From Lepidodermella squamata (lineage: Eukaryota; Animalia; Gastrotricha), in assembly GCA_047495785.1 (NCBI GenBank), contig JBLDXI010000032.1, positions 1,674,001 to 1,738,000 of the forward strand: a stretch of DNA of 64,000 bases, read 5' to 3'. The notes beneath the pieces were generated by a model, which worked only from the letters and a program-made list of their open reading frames with translations, did not search any database and was not told where the DNA came from. Shown here piece after piece: positions 1 to 12,557 of this stretch (position 1 is the first letter of the stretch; the number at the start of each line of letters is the position of its first letter). A program made the translations under genes and the position numbers.

Positions 1-965
1 GAACACCACGACCTTAGAAACGGTGGAATTTCAGCTGTTTCGTCGTAATGTATCGTTGCCATGACAATGACGTAGCTAGGTCCGACCATTTTGAATTTAT
101 GAAAGTAACAAGCTAGAGCTACGGTACTCAGGCTTTGCGTGACGATGATGCGTGGTTGCCGAGCCTGAAGTTCGGTGAAGCCTGAAGATAGCTCGTAGTC
201 ATCTTCAGTGAACATTCGAAACCTAGCGAGATACACCAGAGCAACGTCGTGATGTTCAAACCATTTGACATAGCTTTCTTCTAGCATCGTGTCGAAAGGG
301 CCATTATCTGATAGGACAGCAGCTCGTTTCCAGCCCATTTTCTGGATGAATTTAGCTAACCCGATGCCAATGTAGTCGCCCCTTTCACCTAAGCCGAAAT
401 AATTTCGATAGCGATGTCTATTATTCCAAATATCGACGTGTTCTGGCGTGACACTAATGCCAATCACATCGTAATTTGCTATTATCAAAGCTGACAGTCG
501 TTGGGCAGTCACTGAGCAATCATTGATGCCGAAAAGTGGGAATCTGTCGCTTGCTTCAGGATTTCTTTCCAAGATCCCAATTAATTTCAAAATAGTTGGA
601 GGATCGAGACACTAAAATTATACGATTTACGTAAATTAAGGATGAATTTTTTACCTTACGTTTGAGTCGCTTATTTCAAGTTGCAGCTCGTAATTTGGCA
701 ACCAACTTGGAAGGGACCGAAGTCTTTCCAAAGCAAAAGAGGCAGCGAGGGTTCCCAAGGGGCCAACTGCGAAAATAGGACTCTGATACTCAACAAAGAA
801 TGGTATCTTAATGACTGTTCGGTTGCTGATGGAAATCGATGGATCTTCACTGTAAGTTGACGAGGTTACCAGCGAGGGTACCGGGCTATCGATACTCCAT
901 ATGGCCACATTAGCCCGAAAAAGGGAGAAAGAAATCGCTGCAAAGAAAGTCTGCAAGTTAGACAT
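1..965 (-). CDS. Class C GPCR, GABA-B-receptor-like Venus-flytrap ectodomain (5' part; runs off window start)
   Basis: Exon 965-660, 48-nt GT-AG intron 659-612, exon 611-1 open. Signal-peptide-like start, then WLPNYELQLEISDSN|CLDP, KMGWKRAAV, LQARQPRIIV and CYFHKFKMVGPSYV, which resemble GABA-B/ANF-receptor ligand-binding motifs. Confidence 0.75.
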
Positions 966-1238
966 GAGAGGCAAAATATCGTAATAACCTTATAGGCGTT
1001 CTAGGAAATTATGTAGGAATCGTCCACGCATGAACCGGCGAGCCAGTGTGAACGCGTCATAGAAAACGTCATAGTATGCCTAATTTTGCGATTTAAAGGC
1101 TCTCGTGTAACAAGAGAATTCTAATTTTGGCGAAACTACGTGACCGAGCTTCAAGTTGACTACATGTTTTCAATTTTATACAATAACTGACGTCATTATT
1201 ATATGCAAGTATTACGTATCTTTTATTTGACATGATTG

Positions 1239-1848
1239 TGTTGGGGCCCGAGTCCGAATTCTGCCCGTACGCGTTCGGGCCGGCCCGTCCGCAGACGGGT
1301 AAGAATGATTTGCCGCTCCGCGCTCGGGCCGCTTTAAAACATGCCCATATGCGACGTTTACTGTAAATTTAACAAATTCGAAGGAATCACGCTTCACCGC
1401 ACACGGGCCGGCCAAGGTGTTGGCCCGAGCACGGCGGAGAACAATAGGAACCAGCGCTATTGTTCAGCGCCGCACTCGGGCCGCCGGGCTCGGGCATCTG
1501 GAATCGAGCCGTCGGGCTTGGGTCGCCGGGCTTGGGTCATCCTACAACCAACGCCCGACCCGATAACTGTATCAAGTCCCGGCCCGAACCCGGCGGCCCG
1601 GGTACGGCGCGCGCGAGTCCCTAACAATAGTGCTGGTTCCTATTGTTCTCCGCCGTGCTCGGGCCAACACCTTGGCCGGCCCGTGTGCGGTGAAGCGTGA
1701 TTTCTTCGAATTTGTTAAATTTACAGTAAACGTCGCATATGGGCATGTTACAGACTGGCCCGAGCGCGGAGTGGTAAAGTGCTGTTACCCGGTCGCATAC
1801 GGGCCGGCCCGAACGCGTACGGGCCGAAGTCGGGCTCGGGCCCCAACA
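1239..1848. mobile_element. Non-autonomous Ginger-like MITE (610 bp)
   Basis: ~225-bp inverted arms (1239-1464 / 1623-1848), TGT...ACA termini, 4-bp TSD ATTG (1235-1238 and 1849-1852). Confidence 0.8.
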
Positions 1849-1856
1849 ATTGTACA

Positions 1857-4111
1857 TCAAAATACGTTGCAAGTGTCTTTCGCAGCCATACGAGAGCCGT
1901 TGGGACAGCTAAAAGCTTTCCTGAATCCTTCGAAATGGGACAAGGCTGCATTGACGCGTAACATAGGATGCGAATGTTGACCTTCTCTGTCGAATGCGAC
2001 ATCATCTTTTGCGCATAGCTTTTGCGCATAAGAAACGAAGAAGAGTTTTTCTTCATCTACAGGACGGTTACTTTCGATAAACTGATAGGCAGCGGTAACA
2101 GCAATGATATCAGCAACATCTTCGTTCGGGTTCGAAGCAACCCTGTCAGATACGCCAAATCCAGAGGCCGTTTTCAGGTAGAAATCGGCAATGCATTTGT
2201 TACGCCCTGCTAAAAATTGATCAGAAGTCAATTCCGCTAGCTCGTCGATTTCAATGACATGAGAAAGTTCGTGGTAGAGCAATGTCAAAAATGATCCCAA
2301 ATTGATTGATTCAGGATATGACCAGTCAAATAGCGGCGGTATTAAGGCTGCAATAGGTATAGTAATTTTAGGCTTTGCAAAAAATTCCAGAGCAGCATTA
2401 GCCTCCAGAGGATGCAAAGCACTTCCAACTTCGCCGCTGTGATACATTTTGAGCGCTTTACCCAAACCGAAGAAGGAGGCAGAAACGTGATTTTCGAAAT
2501 ATCTGCCCGGATCTATGCTCAAATTTCTGTAGAACTGATTTAGCATTTGCTCATCAACAGCAAATTCTCGGGGAGGGAAGACTGAAACTTCCACACGCTC
2601 GATTTGCGTGATAATCCTTAATTTCATTGCTTGGTTAACTTTCGAGTTATTGTAGAGTTCAATGAAGTGATTTTTCGCCACCTCGATATATCTATCAATT
2701 TGAGGCGTTGAATTCTTGTTGAAGAACTTCCTTCTGAAAAGGGAGGCAACAGCATGGGGCATGAACTCCGTTACTTGATTTTGACATATCATAGGAGAAG
2801 CGTCCGTAGCGGAGGAGAAGGCCGATAACACGGGTAGGATCGTGAAGTAATTCCTGATTGTTGTCCGACCTGCTTCTGTCTCTTGATTGGCACCAAGAAC
2901 CCGACAAGCTTGAGTTAGGAAGTCGCAAAAACCCATTTCAGTTTGAATTGTCACGCTCTTCAAGTCGAAATCAATCTTTGATTTGATGGCATCACTGAGA
3001 GAAGTCCAGTTTAGGAGGTCACAGCACCAGCCGGGGTAACGCTTCATTCCACTTACTGGTTGCGAGGAAATATTTGCAATCTCAAACAGACTGTTATGCA
3101 GTGACTTCAACGACTCGGATTCAGATTGTGTGACATTGAGAAAGTCTGTATTAATGCTTGATTCTGCGAGAACAGAGCCTTTCTGCAGGTACGCGCCAGG
3201 TTTTGAAGTGCCATCTGCCGGCATGTAAGTTATTTTGATGAGGTTGTCCAAGCCATAATCGAGCATTCTCTCGAAAAGCTGTTGCAATGATGTCGAACTA
3301 TTTCCAAAGTCGATCCGCCGGAAGTCAGAAACCACTGATTCTGCAAAAATGTGTTTGTCTTTATCGGTTACTGAGAAACATGATTCGTAGAGATGTTTCA
3401 TCTTCTTGTCAGCTTCCCATTCGAAATTGGATTCATTTTCTACAAAGAAAAATGGAATAGAGACTTTGTGCTTACTCACGAATCTTTTGACTTACTCAAT
3501 AATGCTCCGAATAATTGAATATTTCGCTCCGTTATATATTCCACTGCATTTCCCGAGCTGTAGTTTCCACAGGCATAGCTGTAGAAGTCATCGCATGGGT
3601 CGATGGAAATGTTCATGGATCTACGCATTTCATCGAGCCTCCTTAAACATGCTTCACTCGAGCTGCAGTTTTTGTCGAGTGCTGTCGCGGAATGCGAATC
3701 GGTATTGTTAGTTTCCTCGAGGAAAAACACCGAGGTTGCATTGTTGTGTCGATATTCTAAAATTTCAGAGCGATTAGACTGATTTTCAGGAATCGTGACA
3801 TTGGTCAGCATTGAATAGGAAGGCCAGCTGCTCCTTCTTATCAAAAATGCGGTGAAACCAGCCCCAATAATTATGATGAATGTGAAAACAGCTAGTAAAG
3901 GTACACGGCAGCCTGTTTTTCATTTAAAAAATTGATTAAATGAGCCCTTCGAAGCTGACAAACCGCAGTCGATTTCATGGCGTTGTTTCGCTCTTGTCTT
4001 CCTTGGGTATAGAAGTGGCGATGCATCTTGTTGGGTCGAATCGGGTGACTCGGATCCGCGAGGAGCAATCAGTTCAATGCCGACTTCTTCGTCAAAATTC
4101 AGCTTCTTCAT
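1857..4111 (-). CDS. M13 neprilysin-like peptidase NEP-1 (type II membrane)
   Basis: Exons 4111-3964, 3912-3496, 3439-1857 (GT-AG introns of 51 and 56 nt). TM anchor, DPCDDFYSYACG, HELSH, EDVAD, HSHPMLR, C-terminal FSCP...C. Confidence 0.9.
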
Positions 4112-4351
4112 CGTTGAGAAACTACAGATTACTCTTTTACTGCAAGTCAATTAGCTAATACTCTACTACTACTACTACTACTGTTCTCATTCCACTGCTC
4201 CTGACTTCCTTCCGAGATAAAGCACGCGCTTCTCATGTGTGATAGTGTTAAATGGGAGTTGATATTTACTTCATTTCCGCACTTCATTATTCCTTAGTAA
4301 TGAGTGGGCTGACTTTGAATTATCAGCATGTTTCCTAATTAAATAAGGAGT

Positions 4352-4441
4352 GAGGTGACTTAGTATCAACTTTGAGTATTTTCAAAGTTTAAATTTGATT
4401 TTAGTTTTTAATTAAACTTAAAGTGGATACTAAGTCACCTC
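4352..4441. repeat. Short hairpin/mini-MITE between the divergent NEP-1 and NEP-2 starts
   Basis: gaggtgacttagtatcaactttgagt ... acttaaagtggatactaagtcacctc: ~26-bp imperfect inverted arms around an AT-rich spacer. Confidence 0.6.
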
Positions 4442-4895
4442 CTTCCTTCTTTAACATCTACCATCTACCGTATAAGTGGTCATCACTGATCTCAAAATTT
4501 TCTAATTAGCGGCAGAAATACGGTAGCTTTCGCTCCTCGGCGGACATGAGATAATGTTACACACTAGATGAAATTATCTTGATGTAAAAAATCACCCACG
4601 CCTGCGGCCAGGGAATAGCAATTCGTGTAACTAAACCATAAAATGTTCAACGTGACAAGGTGACCACAATTTTTTAATGGTCAATTGCCACTTTAATCCA
4701 AGAGGCATGACGCATCACACGCTTCTCGCAGCAATAAGCTAAAAGTCAAAAGATTAATAAACAAGATAATGTTCAATTTTATTGCCACCTTAACTGCGGC
4801 CGAACATGTTTTTTCCGCAAAAAATGCCGGCGAGGTGAGAGCATGGCTGATAGCAAGCGCCGTAGTAATTGAATTTTCAGCCAGCCTGATTGTTG

Positions 4896-6994
4896 ATGGC
4901 TTCCTGGGTTGATACAGGAGCGACGTACCTCACAGATGGTTCTGATCAATTCTTGTTAAGAAAGTCTTTCATCAACTATCCCGAACAATCAAAGCGAAAG
5001 CCTGCGATAGGAGGTCAGTAATTCTACACGTTTGAAACTGTCATTTTTAAGGCGGAGTTTTTAGTTATTCCTATCATCTTGATTATTGCGACCTCAATTA
5101 CCGCGGCTGTTCTACTTTCAAGTGCACTTTGGTGGTATTACATAACAACAGAAGCCAACCCAAATGGCGTCATTCAACTAAATGAAGACTTAGCTCTTTC
5201 ACTGTGCAAATCTCTTGAATGTTCGCAGAAGATTGGAGATATTTTCAAATCAGTCAACACCTCAGCTAACCCTTGCGATGACTTCTACGAATATGCATGC
5301 GGCAATCATGGAGACAAATTGACCGCCTTCCAGGAGGCAAGTGAAAACTTGCAAATCGATCTGATTGAATTTTTGGGTACGATAATTTGCTATGAAAAGG
5401 GTCACTCATTTTATTAATTATCATCATAGAGAATGGGACTGATTTACCATGGAAAACGGATAAGAAAGTGAAGGACTATTATGACTCCTGCATGGATGCT
5501 CCAACTCATTACCAGGCTCATGTCGATTATGTCCGGGAAATCGTGGTGGAAATGGGAGGACTGAATACATTGGCGATAGTTGATGAAAACTCATTGCAAT
5601 CTCAAATCGAGAAAGTTTTCTCATTTACCCTAAACAATCTCATCAAAATCTCCCCGCCACCTCGCAAGTCCAGCGGAGCGAAAGCTATAATTAGCAAAGG
5701 CGATCCAATAAATTCGCCGAAGCAAATGAACGATCTCATGCGTTTACTCTCGATTTCGAATCAAATGGTAGCGGAGGAAGTCATGCGGTTCGGGAGACAA
5801 CTCGCGTTCATAAATGGCAATAGGACTTCCAGTGATTTGATTGAAACCCAAGTTTCAGATTTCAACCAATGTTGCCCTCTTGTCAACTGGCAATCAATAT
5901 TCAAAACTGTCAGGAATCGCATCAATTTCAACCTTCAAACCGTGAGAATGGACTCTGATGTTTTTTTTTGTGGATATCTTACAAAACTCTGCCGTTTACT
6001 TGGCGATAAGTTGAAATCACCCGAAGGTCGCCGGACCATTCAAAATTATCTTGTTTTCACTGCTGTGATCAATCACGTCAAGTTGCCTACAGAAGACGCG
6101 TCACAGGAGAAATGTTTAGACGAGATCGGTCAGTTACTCCCAATTGCTATTGCTTCAATTCATACCCGAAGATTCTTGCAAGTTGGCAATTTACAAGACT
6201 TAGCTCAGAACGCCATTAATCACGTGAGATCAAGTGTCGAGCTGTCAACTAACTTGAATCAACATTCGAAACAAGCTATTTTTGAGGAGTTGAACGGTCT
6301 TGAAGTCATCACCTGGCCGCCAAATTGGTCGACAATCGAAGCGAATCTAGACAGCTTTTACGATAAATTAGTGATTGCTGAGGAGGATTATTTTCGAAAT
6401 TATGTCAATGCGTGGTTTTTCAATTTTGGACAAATGCTCGACCTTGCGTATTTTGGCGGCAGCGGCACTGATTTATCGCCTCTTTTGGTGAATGCTGCCT
6501 ATGAGGAGCCGACGGAACAAGCTTTGATTCTCCATGCCTCACTGCTTTCACTTCCATTTTATCATGAATCATACCCAGAGGCTGTGAAATATGGAGGAAT
6601 AGTGGCGTTGATCATACATGAACTCAGCCATGCATTCGATTGTTCAAGAGTTCGATTGACCCTTCGACATGACGATTTTATCAGGAAACGGCAGGATTGT
6701 TTTTCAGGGTCCAGTACTGTTGTCGAAGATATAGCTGATGCTTTAAGCCTTAATTTAGCTTTCGACTTATTTCAGTTGGGTCATTCATCAAGGAGTCAAT
6801 GGGAAGACCAGTTATTTTTTCTATCTTATGCTCACCAATTATGCACTTCATCTGAGCAACAAGCTGATACTACTGAACATTCTAATCCGCGAATTCGAGT
6901 GTCGGCTGTATCACGGGGTGATCACTTTAATAAGGTATTTGCTTGTGGAACTGAATCACCGTTTCAGCCAAGTGAACGATGCAAGTTGTTATAG
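4896..6994 (+). CDS. M13 neprilysin-like peptidase NEP-2
   Basis: Exons 4896-5013, 5065-5376, 5430-6994. TM anchor, NPCDDFYEYACG, VNAAY, HELSH, EDIAD, HSNPRIR. Confidence 0.9.
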
Positions 6995-7393
6995 GAAACA
7001 TCTGGCATGTAATATTGTCGATAAAATAAAACTCATAAATGGTAATTAAAAAGCTGCCGGAATTTTTGTTCGCACCATAATGTGATCTCATGTTGCAATT
7101 CTGCCTCCTTACGACAAATTACGCAGTTCCATGGAAAATGACACATGTCGAACTCAAAATATGAAAAGCATTGCGGCTGATAGCTAAACTTAACTAGTAT
7201 ATTAATTGCCTAATTAACAAATTATGAATTTTTTCCTTTAATTTCTTATCACGTTACGTGCTTCCCATGCTAACCTGTTTTTAACACATGCCGCAACTTA
7301 TGCTCAGAAAAATGAATAACGAACCCTGCCGAATAAATACACAAGGAAGAAAGGGACGGCTCTCGAATTTCTTTTATGACTTATTTCCTGTAA

Positions 7394-9699
7394 ATGGCAA
7401 CGAAAGAAGCTAAAAAAGAGAGAGTCACTGTTGCTTTCATCCAAAAAGGAGATCAGTACGTTCAAGTTCCGATTTTTCGACGAAGGAGTAAATCTAAATG
7501 TAATACGTGGCCTGATTACAAAAGTATTCAACAGTCTATAATTTCAATATAGGTGTGTGCAAGATTGTTGGAGGCTTGATCACAGTCTTCGTACCATTGT
7601 CTGTTGTATTCTTCATCTTTCGGCTGCAGGGCAGTTCCCACTATTCTTTGAACCCGGTTGAACTAGAAACTCATTCTGTTTCTCCCGGGTGGATGTTTAC
7701 CTCTGGTCGCACTTCGACCGAAGCTAGTCCAGGTCCGAAAAAGCCGTTAACAACACCCAAATCCACGTTTCTCGCGACGCGAATGACAACTCGGACTATG
7801 ACTAAGTCGTCGACCACCGGCATGGTTAAATACCTAGCAGACTTGGAGGAATCATGCGAAACTACAAAATGTGCAGAAAGGATTATTAGGATATCAGATA
7901 TCATGCTCCATTCAGCCGATCCATGCGAAGATTTTTACGAATACGCTTGCGGAAACTACGAACATTACAATAATGCTGCCGATGTAACCTATGGCGTTCC
8001 TGAGGAGGCGAGTGCCAAGTGGATAAAGCAGTTTCTTGGACTTATTGAAAGTCCTCCAGTCGATGAATTCACCTGGGAGAGTGACAGGAAAGTTATGGAC
8101 TACTATCACGCCTGCTACAGCGCAGATTCGTGGACCTATACCAGACCAGCACTTCAATCAATAGTCCGATCGATGGGCGGGTTCAACAGCCCGATTCAGT
8201 CATCATCAACTTTTCAGAGCAGATTCGAGCGGCTATTCGACTACGGCGTCGATAATATTATAGCCATTCACATGCGTGATATGGATGATTCGGAAAAACT
8301 GAGAGTTGCTATCTCTCCAGGAACCCTTCGTACGTGGCCCAGTGCTCGAATGGCTCTTAAAACACTAGCGTCAAATCTCGACGCCCCCATCACCATGAAG
8401 TATGGCTCTGCTCTACTTGACATCGAAATGTTTGAAAGAGAGTTGTACAGCTTCAAACCTGCGGAGCAACGTGGCAGAACCCATGTAACTTCTCCTGCCG
8501 AGTTGGACAAATGCTGCTCTCTCCTAAATTGGACATCATTGCTCACCAGCTTTGGCCAATCTCGAAACTTCGATCTTCTCAATATGTCGATATACATTAA
8601 TGACTCATTCTGCGGATATCTTCAGGATACCTGCCACGAAATCAATGGTATGATGTCGACCGAGAATGGTCAAAAAGCCCTGCAAAATTTTCTAGTCTTC
8701 GAAGCTTTGTTGAAGTATTTTGAAATACCTCGAATGACAACCAAGGAGCACTGCGTCAACGAAGTGATCAAGTTCTTACCCCTTGCATCGACATCAATGT
8801 TCAGGCGAGCTTTTTTCGATGAGAAATCCGTTCCAATTGCCAATGAACTCGCTGATGGAACTAAAAGTACCTTCCGTAAAGCAATCTCAGATTCCGAGTA
8901 CTTCAACCCGGAAACCAAAGCTGAGTTGGTGAAGCTGATAGGCTCGTTGACAATCAGCATTTGGCCTCCGGATCTCGTATTAAATCGCGCTGCAATCGAG
9001 GCTTATCATCGAAATTTGACAATAACCCGATCCTCATACATGGCGAACTTCTATGCAGCAAGCCGTTTCTTGGAGGGTGGCATTATGAAGCATTACATCA
9101 ATGGCGATATATCCATGGTCGCCACGGGGTTACACTACAACGCACTTTACGATCATATTATGAATAATCGCATCATTTCCTTGATGCCTGCGTGGATGGC
9201 TCCAATTTTCGAACCGTCCTACCCACCAGCTGTTCAACACGGCTCGGCTGCAACTACCATTTCACATGAGCTGACTCATCTGTTCGACAATCTTGGGCTG
9301 AAGGTAGTTTTCCAGGCAGATCCTTTCATTGTCAACCGAAAGCAGTGCATCTCTAGAATGTATCAACAAATCGGCCGAGAAGCTGGGAGTTACTTGAGAA
9401 CGGATAACACGTTGGACGATGACACTGCTGATATGTTATCAGTCCCGCTTTCATACGCGCTATTTCATAAGGAACCACGTAGTGACATGGACAACAGACT
9501 GTTTTTCCTGTCATATGCTCAGCTACAGTGCTCAAAACAGCCGAAGTCAAATTTGTTCCGGATTCTACAAGATCGCCATTCACCGCCAAAGTTTAGAGTT
9601 CTGGCATCTCTGAGTAATAGCCGAGAATTTTCTCAAGCATTCAACTGCCCGGCTTCGTCTAAAATGGCACGTTACCAGGACCGGTGTGTATTGTACTGA
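7394..9699 (+). CDS. M13 neprilysin-like peptidase NEP-3
   Basis: Exons 7394-7499 and 7553-9699. TM anchor, Thr-rich stalk, DPCEDFYEYACG, HELTH, DDTAD (third Zn ligand E->D), HSPPKFR. Confidence 0.9.
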
Positions 9700-9890
9700 A
9701 CATGTTTTCTAGTCGTGAACAATTTCAAAAAAATAAATCATCTCTTATCTAACACTTATCATAGTTCAGTCATTGTTAGTCGTTACCAGGACCGGTGTGT
9801 ATTGTACTGAACATTTTAGTGGTCATGAATAATTTCAAAAAAAATAAATACAATTTCTCTTATCTAACACTTATCAGAGTTCAGTCATAG
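9670..9890 (+). repeat. ~110-bp tandem duplication of the NEP-3 stop/polyA region
   Basis: cgttaccaggaccggtgtgtattgtactgaaca...aataaa...ctcttatctaacacttatca occurs at 9670 and again at 9781; it is single-copy after NEP-4. Confidence 0.85.
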
Positions 9891-9914
9891 TCACATGTCG
9901 AATAATTCCTTATG

Positions 9915-10107
9915 TTAAATCAACTCGCATTTTTTGCAAATTGCATGAGAAATAGACGCTATACAAGATGAGTCGGAAAGATTGAGAACGTCTTGACCAG
10001 CTGAATCGTCAAGGACAGGTTTCAAAGTCGTGCACTCTATAAGCCAGAAGCCAGCTATTGGAAGAGAAACACAACGTTTTCGAACATACATTGTCAACGA
10101 CTTACTT
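9915..10107 (-). pseudogene. Orphan last exon plus intron of astacin-like gene A (duplicated fragment)
   Basis: ECTTLKPVLDDSAGQDVLNLSDSSCIASISHAICKKCELI* matches the gene A C-terminus ECATLKPVFDDSAGQDILYLSDSSCAASISQAICEKYELI*. Homology stops just past the splice donor. Confidence 0.85.
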
Positions 10108-10456
10108 CCATTCATATTCCCATGAGGCTCAGTGGCGTCAAGGTCGAGGCAATTTGCGATACCGGCGATAACAATGCCAGTATTCTTGGCGAAAAGGTTG
10201 TACCACGCCTTGGGTTGACGGTTGACGGTTGACGCCATGGCAGAACCGCTGAAGATCCATGGGGTGGTCAAGGTATCAGCTCAGATCGGCGACCAGGTGT
10301 GTTCCCCAGCAATGTTGGTTACCAGGGCTACGGTGCCCTTGTAATTTGGTCTGAGTTTGCTTCGTGAGGTTGCGAGCGAAATCGATTTAAATGAGGTTAG
10401 TTCTGAAATCGATGATTTTGCGCTAAAGGCGACCAGCGAGAAAAAACCTCTATACA
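10108..10456 (+). mobile_element. Degenerate LTR-retrotransposon (Gypsy-like) aspartic protease remnant
   Basis: MRLSGVKVEAICDTGDNNASIL (DTG motif), then a frameshift, then PLKIHGVVKVSAQIG...PL*FGLSLL (ILGxDFL-like). Confidence 0.65.
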
Positions 10457-12557
10457 GAGTACTGCGCACTATAAACAGTACTACGCGCGCATAATATTAT
10501 AAGATATACTTATAGCCCGCATTCTGTGTGAAAAATAATGAATGCACTAGACAAATGACCAACAAATATAATGCGCTTTTGTGGATGTTACCATGAAATT
10601 TTCGGATTACCTGGTAGAGAACAGTCGAACGTATCCAGAAATTGATAAAAATGCATGTGTAACCGTGGGTTTTCTGCCGTTAGGTGACCTGATAGCGACC
10701 TGAAAGCGCAAAAACCTTGGAAAAATGCGAATACAGGCGCCTTTAGCGGCGTTTCTGCGAGGAACAAAATGGGTTCAACCACAGTTTTTTCACATTCCCT
10801 AGCAGAGCACATGGAGAGCCTATCAGCGAAGTAAGAAATAGCCAGTTAATATGGTGGTTATCCACGGCTTTTCAGTCGCTTCCCTCCCGGCTTGCAAATC
10901 AGTGAGAAAGTGAAAATTTGGTGTTTTCAGTCGCTCTTATCTCGAAAAAACCCATGGTTGCACCGTAGCTTTTTGTAGTCAAATAGGAGAAGGCACTGGG
11001 AGGAAGGTTTCGACAGGGAAAGCAGCAAGAACCACCCCAATTTATCCAAGACTTTTTTGTCCCGATTAGCACTCACTACGTCAGACCCAACACCTCGAAA
11101 CTGCATGACATGGCTTCTTTTGGGGCATTGCTGCAAGAAACAGATTGGTTTCAACCACAGTTATTTCGCGTTCTCTAGTAGAGCACAACAAGATCTTACT
11201 AAGGAAGTACACTGTTAGATTTATCACGCGTTACACCCCCTTTCATCACGCGTTACTTTCTTCATAAGGAATCACGCGTAGCAACACGCGTTACGTCGCG
11301 CACTAAGCGAACGCGTTATGCGCTGAACAGCGATTAGGCGCACCGGCCACTGCGCCACGCTGGGCGCCGCCGCCGCGGCCGTCGTCGTCGTCGTCGTCGT
11401 CGTCGCTTTGGCCCGGCGCATCCGGGGCGGTTCCGCACCGCCGCCGCCGCCGCCGCCCCCACATTCAGGAAGCTCTGATTTCATCCTTGTCATCAATTAA
11501 CATCATTATCATCAATTTCAACGTATCATCAAAGAGATATATAGCCGTTTGTAACTGGGCTCGAAATAAACGCGATTTACTTTGCTGCTTGCAAAATTTT
11601 AGATTTTTGTTTATATCAAGACGAAAGGCTTTGCATCAGCGCGATAAAGATGCCTCGGCAGCACGATTATTATCCGATAACCAATAGAGAGATTATTCAA
11701 CGCCCGCGACTAGCCGGCCTGGAATAAAAATAGAGTTAAAAATTGCTTAGTAATAAGTATGAAAAGAAGTAGTCGAGGAAATAACTATTTCAGATAATAG
11801 CCGATCAGCTATAATGAGTTTGGTTATTACGAGCGTAGTTAGTTTATACCTGTAAACTAACCTGGTATTGTCACCTTGCGTTTCGCCCGCTGTTCAACAA
11901 AAACAAGAAAAATAGAACCGTTATTAAAACTGGTCACCGTAGATATTTGGAAATGGGTGATAAATAGAGAAAATTTGATAGAAAAATAGAGATGAATGAG
12001 GCTGTGATTTGTTGCCGAGAAAAGTGCACTGAAAAGAGATATTTAGAATTGATTGCACTTTTTATTTTTTATTACCAACGCACCTCGAGTGAACTTACCG
12101 AGTTTTCGCAGCCGTCTATATAAACGACAAAATGATGTGTTAACCGGTCTGATTATTAAACTTGACCTTTCGGAAATGTATAAGCCCTCCTTTTCAACTC
12201 ACCTCGTCGCGTGCCTGAATTCAAATAGAGAAAGTAATAGAGAAATTTGCAAAAACAAGAACGTGTTGTCACCATTTGCAGAAATCTCAGTGTGTATAAG
12301 CTGATTAAAAGCCAATAAAAGTTACTCACAATGAGCGCACTCTTTGTCGTATTGACTGACGTAGCCGGCCGACATGAGTGACAAAGGCGCGCGGTCGTAA
12401 TCAGCCCGGCTGGGTGCCGGTGTGAGCGCCGGCGGTAAATAACGGAAGTAGTCACATGTCACTCAAGCCGTACAAACAAAAGGCGCGATCAATTATCATC
12501 ATCGTTTTTATTAGCTTGAAACCAACGAAAAACACAGCGATAATTCAAAAAGAAAAA

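Noticed and set aside
55-68. X-box-like GTTGCCATGACAAT
   Set aside because: It lies inside the GPCR coding exon and is probably incidental.
1212-1980. Several ORFs starting MPICDVYCKF and their antisense partners
   Set aside because: By-products of the GC-rich MITE inverted arms.
7671-9613. Antisense/alternate-frame ORFs conserved between NEP-3 and NEP-4
   Set aside because: The conservation is explained by the recent duplication of the sense gene.
11272-11496. Poly-G/T/A low-complexity ORF
   Set aside because: It arises from (GCC)n/(GTC)n tracts in the transposon subterminal region; no other support.
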